Part shown: piece after piece, positions 57,066 to 64,000 of the stretch | How positions within the stretch are numbered: the first letter of the stretch is position 1 | How the letters are laid out: each line of letters begins with the position of its first letter | NCBI GenBank assembly: GCA_036008345.1 | Contig: DASYNU010000192.1 | Location: 5,800-69,799 of the forward strand | From: Bryobacteraceae bacterium | Lineage (GTDB): Bacteria; Acidobacteriota; Terriglobia; Bryobacterales; Bryobacteraceae | DNA length: 64,000 nt | Reading direction: 5' to 3' | The notes under the pieces: generated by a model | Seen by the model: the letters and a program-made list of their open reading frames with translations, nothing else | Told to the model about the DNA's origin: nothing | The model's database searches: none | Made by a program: the position numbers and the translations under genes

Positions 57066-59765
57066 ATGCGCTGGCCTCTACGCCGCCGATCGAAAGAAGA
57101 AGAGCTCGACGAAGAGATTCTGACGCATCTTGCGATTGAGGCGAAACAGAGGGTGGAAGCCGGTGAGACAAGGGAGCAGGCGGAGCGCTCAGCCCGGCGT
57201 GAATTCGGAAATGTGGCGATCGTAAAGGAGGTCACGCGCGATATGTGGGGATACGGCCAACTGGAAGTCTTAACTCAAGATCTGAGCTATGCGGCTAAGA
57301 CTATGCGCAGGACGCCCGGATTTACCTTGGTCGCCATCTTGATACTAGCCCTGGGCATTGGCGCCAACACCGTGATTTTCAGCATGGTGGATGCGGCGCT
57401 GCTCCGGCCGCTCCCATTTCCCGAATCCGGGCGGCTGGTGCGAGTGTGGTCCACCAAGCACGGAGCGCCCGAGGGCGGCCCCTCGCCGATGGATATGCGG
57501 GATTTTGTTGCCGGCGCTCGCAATTTCGAGGGAATGGTCGTATACGACCACTGGCGCAAGAATGTCAGTGGAATTCTGGGCTCCAATGAGGCTGAAGAGA
57601 TGGTCATCGGCCTGGTGCCGGGAAAATACTTTGAGCTACTCAGAATCCGCCCCATTCTTGGGCGAGTCTTTTCCGAGGCGGAAAACGTGTATGGCAGACA
57701 CTACGCCGCTATTATCAGCCGACGTTTTTGGCAAACACGTTTTGGGGCCGATCCAGGAATCCTCGCGAGGACAATACGGATCAACGGGGAGACCTATTCG
57801 ATTGTAGGGGTGGTTCCGGATGTAGTTCCTGGATGGATGGATCAAACAACTGCTCCGATCTCTGTTTGGACGCCTTTTGCGTTCGAGAACATGTGGTCCG
57901 AAGCCGAGCGCGGCGGGCGGGGCTACTCCGCGCTGGGGCGTCTGAAGCCCCGTGTCTCGTACCAGCAGGCCGGGACGGAGCTGGCCACACTGGCTGCAAG
58001 ATTGGCAGAGGAGCACGCTGTCGATCAGGGAATCGGAGCGTCGGTTGAACCTCTCGCCGATACGCGCGCGGGTCCTGCCGGGCCGATTCTCTGGATGCTG
58101 AGCGGCGCCGTGGGAATGGTTTTGGTGATCGCGTGCGCGAACCTAGCCAGTCTGTTGCTGGCGCGCAACTCGTCCCGGTCCCATGAAATGGCGATCCGCG
58201 CAGCGCTTGGGGCAGGAAGATCGAGATTGGTGCGGTTGCTGTTCGTTGAGGCGCTGGTTCTTTCTCTGGCCGGCAGTCTGGCAGGCCTGGGGCTGGCTTC
58301 AGCGGCGGGCTGGGCGTTGAAGAGGATGAACGGGTCCGGAATGCTGCCCTATACGGCCACCACTAACGTTCTCGGGCAGTTCTCGCCGGCTGCTCCCGAA
58401 CCTCGGATATTGCTTTTTGCTCTAGGAATTTCGCTAATCACGGCAGTGTTGTTCGGCTTAGCGCCTGCGTTCACGGGCGCGCGCGTATCCCTGGCAGACA
58501 CGCTGAGAGAAGCAGGCAGAAGTGGCGCCGTTGGGGTGGGCAGACAGCGGTTCCGGCGCATGCTGGTGATCGCGGAGATAGCGCTCTCCCTGATTCTGGT
58601 ATGCGGAGCGGGCCTTCTGGCGCAAGCCATGGCTCGCTTCGAGCGGCAGGATCCGGGATTTCGTCCCGATCATTTGCTAATCGCGCATGTCTATATTCCG
58701 CCCGTGCGCTATCCCGATTCAGACGCGATTACCAGGTTATGCGATTCGTTCGGGGAGCGCGTGCGCGCGCTTCCCGGTGTGCTGGATGCAAGCGTCGCCA
58801 CCGGATATCCGCCCATGATTGGTTGGCAGCAAATGTTCACGATTCCTGGGGTGCCCTTCTCGCGAGTAGCGGACGTGCCCATGACTCGATTCGTGGGCGT
58901 GGACGCACGCTACCTGCGGACATTGGGTTTTCCACTGCTGAACGGCCGTGATTTTGCTGAATCGGATACTTCCACCAGTCCGCCGGTTGCTATTGTCAAC
59001 CAGGCGTTCGTGCGGCGGTACTTTGCGAATCAAGACCCCATCGGGCGACAGATCCACCCAGGGCCTCCGCCGGGAGTGGCGGCGGTTCCATTGCAGGATT
59101 TCGGAGCGAGTTCCCGGAACATCACGATCGCCGGCGTAGTGCGGGATTTCATGAATCGTGGCATGGCGCAGCCGCCGGAGCCGCAGATCTTCACTCTGTT
59201 CCGCCAAATGCCCGGATTGAATTTCGGGTTCAAGGATATCTTGGTGCGCACCGCGACGGATCCTCAAAGCCTGGTGCCCGCGGTGGCGCGAGAGTTGAAA
59301 TTGTTGGATGCGGACATTCCGTTAGGCGAGGTTCGGAATATGGAGACGCACATGCGCAGCCAGACTGCGGACACGCGATTCACAACCGTTCTGTTGGGGC
59401 TCTTTGCGGGTCTTGGGACCATTCTCGCGGTAGTTGGCGCATACGGTGTTGTCGCCTATATGGTGGCGCAGCGGACTCAGGAAATAGGCGTCAGGCTGGC
59501 TCTCGGCGCCGACTCGACAGATATTGTCTGGCTGGTCTTGCAAAGCGGTCTTTTCATGGGTCTGGCTGGAGTGGCGCTGGGCCTTGCCGGCGCGATGCTG
59601 GGCCGCGCGCTCCTAGCCAACTTTGTATTTGGAGTTTCCACGTCAGGTCCGCTGACCCTATTGGGAGCCGCAGTTTTGCTGCTTCTTATCGTCGTTGTAG
59701 CAAGCGCTATTCCGGCGAGCCGCGCCCTAAGAATCGATCCCGTACAAGCTCTTCGTGGTGAATAG
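57066..59765 (+). CDS. ADOP family duplicated MacB/FtsX-type permease
   Basis: 899 aa, starting 4 nt after padR. N-terminal cytoplasmic extension, two MacB_PCD/FtsX halves ([27 protein letters not shown]), C-terminus [14 protein letters not shown]. Confidence 0.9.
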   Translation: MRWPLRRRSKEEELDEEILTHLAIEAKQRVEAGETREQAERSARREFGNVAIVKEVTRDMWGYGQLEVLTQDLSYAAKTMRRTPGFTLVAILILALGIGANTVIFSMVDAALLRPLPFPESGRLVRVWSTKHGAPEGGPSPMDMRDFVAGARNFEGMVVYDHWRKNVSGILGSNEAEEMVIGLVPGKYFELLRIRPILGRVFSEAENVYGRHYAAIISRRFWQTRFGADPGILARTIRINGETYSIVGVVPDVVPGWMDQTTAPISVWTPFAFENMWSEAERGGRGYSALGRLKPRVSYQQAGTELATLAARLAEEHAVDQGIGASVEPLADTRAGPAGPILWMLSGAVGMVLVIACANLASLLLARNSSRSHEMAIRAALGAGRSRLVRLLFVEALVLSLAGSLAGLGLASAAGWALKRMNGSGMLPYTATTNVLGQFSPAAPEPRILLFALGISLITAVLFGLAPAFTGARVSLADTLREAGRSGAVGVGRQRFRRMLVIAEIALSLILVCGAGLLAQAMARFERQDPGFRPDHLLIAHVYIPPVRYPDSDAITRLCDSFGERVRALPGVLDASVATGYPPMIGWQQMFTIPGVPFSRVADVPMTRFVGVDARYLRTLGFPLLNGRDFAESDTSTSPPVAIVNQAFVRRYFANQDPIGRQIHPGPPPGVAAVPLQDFGASSRNITIAGVVRDFMNRGMAQPPEPQIFTLFRQMPGLNFGFKDILVRTATDPQSLVPAVARELKLLDADIPLGEVRNMETHMRSQTADTRFTTVLLGLFAGLGTILAVVGAYGVVAYMVAQRTQEIGVRLALGADSTDIVWLVLQSGLFMGLAGVALGLAGAMLGRALLANFVFGVSTSGPLTLLGAAVLLLLIVVVASAIPASRALRIDPVQALRGE

Positions 59766-59842
59766 CCGGCGGATCTGAAGGACAATCACCTCCGCACCGG
59801 CACGACGCCGTTGGTTTTTGTGGCGCGAAGCAAGTTGTATAG

Positions 59843-60124
59843 GCGGGCGAGACCATACACATGCCTGCGAACGCGCCGTATCAATTTCACAATGCGTCCT
59901 CGCAGCCGGTGAGGATGCTGTGTATCTGTTCGCCGGCCGGTCAGAAGGAATCCTTCCGGGAGGTCGGTGTGCCTGTGGAATTCGCCGGGCTGGCGTCCGG
60001 GCTCGCAGGGATTTATCCAGTGGACATTAAAGCGCTGGCCGGTTTTCCGGCGGACGGGAGGCTTATTTGCACCGTTACAGATTCGTCGGGAGTGGCGTAC
60101 GTGGCGCAGGCGCAGTTGCCTTGA
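59843..60124 (+). pseudogene. Composite gene remnant: 3' fragment of a cupin gene fused to a 3' fragment of a 'Solibacter C-terminal domain' gene
   Basis: The frame reads AGETIHMPANAPYQFHNASSQPVRMLCICSPAGQKESFREVG (cupin beta-strands), preceded by an in-frame TAG at 59840. It continues GLAGIYPVDIKALAGFPADGRLICTVTDSSGV, resembling the end of the 46433 gene's domain (GAGLYQINLTVPSGLGQGEVPIVAV). Confidence 0.4.
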
Positions 60125-60250
60125 ACTAAACGCGGTATATTATAGAGGTAAGCGGCGGGGAATTTTCCGGCCACTCGGACGCAGGCCAAGTGTCTGCAGC
60201 CACAATCCTTTACTTTCAAACAGATAAGGTGGTACGCTGAAGGACTTATA

Positions 60251-61555
60251 ATGCGAACTGTCGATTTGATTCAACGCAAACGCGATGGGGAAGAATTGTC
60301 GCCGCAAGAGATCGCCGCTTTGGTGGACGGATACACCCGGAATGAAATTCCGGATTACCAGATGTCCGCCTTCTTGATGGCTGTGTTTTTCTCCGGGATG
60401 ACGGATCGCGAGGTCAGCGCACTCACTGAGTGCATGATTAAATCCGGCGAGACCGTCGACCTCAGCGGAATTCCTGGAATGAAGGTGGACAAACATTCCA
60501 CGGGCGGCGTGGGCGATAAAACCAGCTTGATTTCCGCGCCACTCGCAGCTTCCGCCGGCGTGGTGGTGCCGATGATTTCAGGCCGCGGCCTGGGTCACAC
60601 CGGCGGTACGCTGGACAAACTGGAATCCATCCCCGGCTTCCGTACCGACCTCACCATCGAGGAACTCAAGGAACAACTAGCCAAGCACCAACTGGCTTTC
60701 ATCGGCCAGACACCCGAGATCGCGCCGGCGGACGGCAAGATATATTCGCTGCGTGATGCCACGGCAACGGTGGAATCCATCGCGCTGATTGCGTCGTCCA
60801 TCATGTCGAAGAAGCTGGCGGTTGGTTTAGATGCAGTGGTGCTGGACGTGAAGGTGGGAACGGGCGCTTTCATGAAGCGGCAGGTGGACGCGCGCCGGCT
60901 GGCACAGATGATGGTGGGCATCGGCCGCCGCATGGACAAGCGCGTACAGGCGCTGATCACGGATATGAACCAACCCCTGGGTTACGCGGTCGGCAATGCA
61001 CTGGAAGTGATGGAAGTTTCGCAGACTCTTCAAAATGCCGGGCCGACGGATCTGACGCGTATTTCGCTCGAGCTTGCCGCGCGCATGATCTTCCTCGCGA
61101 AGATCACAACCACGCTGGACGAAGCGCGCGAGCTGGCGCAGCAGAAATTGCTGGATGGTTCTGGTTACAAGAAATTCAAGGATGTGATCGAGGCGCAGGG
61201 AGGCAATCCCCAAGTACTGGACCGGTTTGAGCTGTTACCGAACGCCACCGGAGTGCGGGAAATCAGTTCACCGCGTGCCGGGTACATCAGCGCGATTGAT
61301 GCGGAAGGAATCGGCAAGGCTTCTTCACTGATCGGCGCCGGAAGGAACACCAAGGAAGACGTCATCGATCCGGCGGTGGGTGTGATTCTGGAAGTGAAGG
61401 TTGGCCAGAAGATAGAAGGCGGCGCAGTGCTCTGCCGTCTCTATTACACCGGCGAAGAAAATGTAGAGGAGGCGTCCCAGCAGATCGAGGATGCGTTCCG
61501 TATTTCGGCTTCAGCGCCGGAGGAACGTGAGTTGATCCTGGAAGTGGTAAGCTGA
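60251..61555 (+). CDS. deoA: Thymidine/pyrimidine-nucleoside phosphorylase
   Basis: 434 aa. Motifs DKHSTGGVGDKTSL, SGRGLGHTGGTLDKLESIPG, IMSKKLA. Confidence 0.9.
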   Translation: MRTVDLIQRKRDGEELSPQEIAALVDGYTRNEIPDYQMSAFLMAVFFSGMTDREVSALTECMIKSGETVDLSGIPGMKVDKHSTGGVGDKTSLISAPLAASAGVVVPMISGRGLGHTGGTLDKLESIPGFRTDLTIEELKEQLAKHQLAFIGQTPEIAPADGKIYSLRDATATVESIALIASSIMSKKLAVGLDAVVLDVKVGTGAFMKRQVDARRLAQMMVGIGRRMDKRVQALITDMNQPLGYAVGNALEVMEVSQTLQNAGPTDLTRISLELAARMIFLAKITTTLDEARELAQQKLLDGSGYKKFKDVIEAQGGNPQVLDRFELLPNATGVREISSPRAGYISAIDAEGIGKASSLIGAGRNTKEDVIDPAVGVILEVKVGQKIEGGAVLCRLYYTGEENVEEASQQIEDAFRISASAPEERELILEVVS

Positions 61556-61562
61556 TCCGCAC

Positions 61563-62753
61563 ATGGATCGTTTCACCGGGATATTAGGAATCCTCGCGAT
61601 TCTCCTGGTCAGCGTCCTTTTTTCCAAACACAGACGATCGATTCGTCCCTCGGTAGTGATGTGGGGCGTGGGCCTGCAGCTCACATTCGCTTTCATTGTG
61701 CTGCGGACGCCCGCCGGATTTGTCTTCAAGGCAGCCAGCGATAAAGTGAACTCGCTGATCGGCTATTCGTTCGCGGGCAGCCGGTTCGTTTTCGGCGATC
61801 AACTGGGCGGCAGCCAGCCGGTGATCTTCGCGTTTCAAGTGCTGCCCATCATCATCTTCATATCCAGCCTGTTCAGCATCCTTTATTACTTGGGCGTGAT
61901 GCAGGTGCTGGTACGCGGGATGGCCATTGTGATGCAACGGGTGATGGGCGCAAGCGGCGCGGAATCCACCAATGTCGCAGCCAGCATTTTCATGGGGCAG
62001 ACGGAAGCTCCGCTGACCATTCGGCCGTTTCTCGCGGGACTGACGGAATCAGAATTGTTCACCATCATGACCAGCGGCATGGCGCATGTTTCGGGTGCGG
62101 TAATGGCTGCCTACGTCTTGATGGCGCACGTGGAGATCCGGCATTTACTGACCGCGGTAATCATGACGGCGCCGGCTACTATTATGTTGGCGAAGATCCT
62201 GGTGCCGGAGGTTGACAAGCCGGCCACTATGGGCGACGTGAAAATCGAGGTGGAAAAGCCGGGGGTGAATATCATCGATGCGGCCGCGCGCGGAGCCGGC
62301 GACGGGCTGCAACTTGCGCTGAATATCGCCGGGATGCTGATCGCTTTCCTGGCGTTGATCGCGATGTTGAATGGAATCCTCAGCTATTTTCATATCACAC
62401 TGCAGGAGATCTTCGGATATGTTTTCTCGCCGATCGCGTGGCTGCTGGGCGTGAAATTCAACGACTGCCAGACTATAGGGAATCTGCTGGGGACTCGCCT
62501 GGTGCTGAACGAATTTATCGCGTTTCAGCAATTGGGGCCGCTGCAGCCGAAGCTTGATCCACGCTCTTTCACTATCGCAACCTATGCGCTGTGCGGGTTT
62601 GCGAACTTCAGCTCCATTGCGATCCAGATTGGCGGAATCGGGGCGCTGGCGCCTACGCGCAAGTCCGATCTGGCGCGGCTGGGATTGAAGGCAGTGGCCG
62701 CGGGGACCATGGCGAATTTCATGTCGGCATGTATCGCTGGAATTCTGCTTTAG
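61563..62753 (+). CDS. nupC: NupC/CNT family nucleoside transporter
   Basis: 396 aa polytopic membrane protein. CNT motifs (IFMGQTEAPL, TSGMAHVSG, NEFIAFQQL, YALCGFANFSSIAIQIGG). Confidence 0.85.
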   Translation: MDRFTGILGILAILLVSVLFSKHRRSIRPSVVMWGVGLQLTFAFIVLRTPAGFVFKAASDKVNSLIGYSFAGSRFVFGDQLGGSQPVIFAFQVLPIIIFISSLFSILYYLGVMQVLVRGMAIVMQRVMGASGAESTNVAASIFMGQTEAPLTIRPFLAGLTESELFTIMTSGMAHVSGAVMAAYVLMAHVEIRHLLTAVIMTAPATIMLAKILVPEVDKPATMGDVKIEVEKPGVNIIDAAARGAGDGLQLALNIAGMLIAFLALIAMLNGILSYFHITLQEIFGYVFSPIAWLLGVKFNDCQTIGNLLGTRLVLNEFIAFQQLGPLQPKLDPRSFTIATYALCGFANFSSIAIQIGGIGALAPTRKSDLARLGLKAVAAGTMANFMSACIAGILL

Positions 62754-62771
62754 TGAGATGCTGATAGTGAA

Positions 62772-63578
62772 ATGGTAATGCAAGCTTCACTCGATTACAT
62801 TCTTTCCCGAACGAAACTGTCGCCCCGCGTGGCGGTGGTGCTGGGCAGCGGGCTGGGCGCGTTCGCCGATGAGCTGACAGATTCCACCGATGTGCCGTAT
62901 TCCGAGATCCCCGGCTGGCCGAAATGCACGTGCATCGGACACGCGGGAAAACTGGTGTTCGGTAAGCTGGGCGAACTGGAAATTGCGGTTATGGCCGGAC
63001 GCAGTCACCTTTATGAGGGCTATACGCCTGCCCAAGTCACTATGGGAGTGCGGGTGCTACATCAGTTGGGCGTGCAATCCATTGTGCTGACCAACGCGGC
63101 GGGCGGCATTAATTTGGCCTTTAGCCAGGGCGCGCTGGTGCTGATTTCCGATCACATCAATTTGCAGGGGTCGAATCCTTTAATAGGGCTGAATGATGAT
63201 TCCTTCGGTCCGCGGTTTCCGGATATGACGGAGGCTTACTCGGCCAGCTACCGGGCGATTGCGCATGCAGTAGCCGAGGAGCTGGGAATCGAACTGAGCG
63301 ACGGTGTGTATGCTGCGGTTACCGGACCGAGCTATGAGACACCGGCGGAAATCCGCTATCTGCGGAGCATTGGTGCGGATCTGGTGGGCATGTCGACGGT
63401 TCCCGAAGCGATTGTCGCGAATCATATGGGAATGCGTGTGCTTGCGATTTCGTGCGTCACGAATATGGCGGCGGGGGTTCTTCCCCAGAAGATTGTGCAC
63501 ATGGAAGTGTTGGAGACTGGGCGCCGGGTGCAGAATACGTTGGTGCGGTTTTTGAAGGCGGTGTTGCCGCGGTTATGA
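62772..63578 (+). CDS. punA: Purine nucleoside phosphorylase (trimeric PNP/inosine-guanosine type)
   Basis: 268 aa. Motifs VLGSGLG, GRSHLYEGY, TNAAGGIN, GPSYETPAEIR, GADLVGMSTVPE. Confidence 0.85.
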   Translation: MVMQASLDYILSRTKLSPRVAVVLGSGLGAFADELTDSTDVPYSEIPGWPKCTCIGHAGKLVFGKLGELEIAVMAGRSHLYEGYTPAQVTMGVRVLHQLGVQSIVLTNAAGGINLAFSQGALVLISDHINLQGSNPLIGLNDDSFGPRFPDMTEAYSASYRAIAHAVAEELGIELSDGVYAAVTGPSYETPAEIRYLRSIGADLVGMSTVPEAIVANHMGMRVLAISCVTNMAAGVLPQKIVHMEVLETGRRVQNTLVRFLKAVLPRL

Positions 63579-63958
63579 CCGAGTTAATTCGAGCCGCTTT
63601 GGACGCGCGCAACCACGCGCATGCGCCCTTTTCAAATTTTCTGGTTGGGGCGGCGCTGCAGGATGAAAGCGGGCGCATCTTTACCGGATGCAATATTGAG
63701 AACGCCACGTATGGCCTGACCATTTGCGCGGAGCGAGTGGCTGTGTTCAAAGCTATTTCGGAGGGTGCGCGAAAGTTTGCGGCGATTGCGGTAGCAGCCG
63801 ATACGGATGTGCTTACTCCTCCTTGCGGGGCGTGCCGGCAGATTCTGTGGGAGTTTTGTGGCGACGTGGAGTTGACGCTGGTGAATCTTGCGGGAAAGAT
63901 CGAGACGTTGCGGTTGAAAGAACTTTTTCCGAGGCCGTTCGATGCATCGTTTCTTTAG
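63575..63958 (+). CDS. cdd: Cytidine deaminase
   Basis: ATGA overlap with the PNP stop. Zinc-ligand motifs CAERVAVFKA and PCGACRQILWEF. 127 aa. Confidence 0.9.
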   Translation: MTELIRAALDARNHAHAPFSNFLVGAALQDESGRIFTGCNIENATYGLTICAERVAVFKAISEGARKFAAIAVAADTDVLTPPCGACRQILWEFCGDVELTLVNLAGKIETLRLKELFPRPFDASFL

Positions 63959-64000
63959 TACAGCTGCACTATTCCTATTGTTTTGCCTGGCGGCATCGGC

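Overview
GC-rich chromosomal segment with an Acidobacteriota (Terriglobia/Solibacter-like) gene repertoire. All calls come from reading the ORF translations and DNA by eye; no database search was run.

Taxonomic markers: two ADOP-type duplicated MacB/FtsX permeases (one with its PadR partner), two PEP-CTERM proteins, a 'Solibacter C-terminal domain' protein, an acidobacterial VWFA-related protein, two membrane Ser/Thr kinases and an ECF sigma factor.

Recognisable blocks, left to right:
- Housekeeping and redox genes: Tat-exported Gfo/Idh/MocA oxidoreductase, DinB-family proteins, RimI-like GNAT, an orphan cytochrome oxidase subunit III-like gene.
- An EPS priming glycosyltransferase.
- egtB-egtD (ergothioneine) followed directly by an OpuC-type betaine ABC transporter.
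- A UvrC N-terminal-half homologue.
- A kinase-TolB propeller gene with an ISNCY/IS1202-like insertion sequence just past its stop codon.
- A small gene encoding three tandem Cys-containing peptide repeats.
- A divergent porin/PhoD pair.
- PagL-like and FG-GAP proteins.
- An ECF sigma plus kinase pair upstream of the PEP-CTERM genes.
- A MuxABC-OpmB/MdtABC-type RND efflux operon.
- An alkaline-phosphatase-superfamily/TPR/sulfotransferase fusion.
- A four-gene TelA/XpaC-like/solute-binding/VWA operon.
- A PadR-ADOP pair.
- A nucleoside salvage operon (deoA-nupC-PNP-cdd).

Intergenic DNA is crowded with at least four families of REP/MITE-like palindromic repeats, several built from short tandem units of 7 or 10 nt, plus one tandem 8-mer tract.

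Best candidates for undescribed biology:
- The TelA/XpaC-like/SBP/SBP-VWA operon.
- The tandem Cys-repeat peptide gene.
- The egtBD-linked betaine-type transporter.
- The phosphodiesterase-TPR-sulfotransferase fusion.
- The GTGGGGCAGG-headed REP superfamily around the RND operon.
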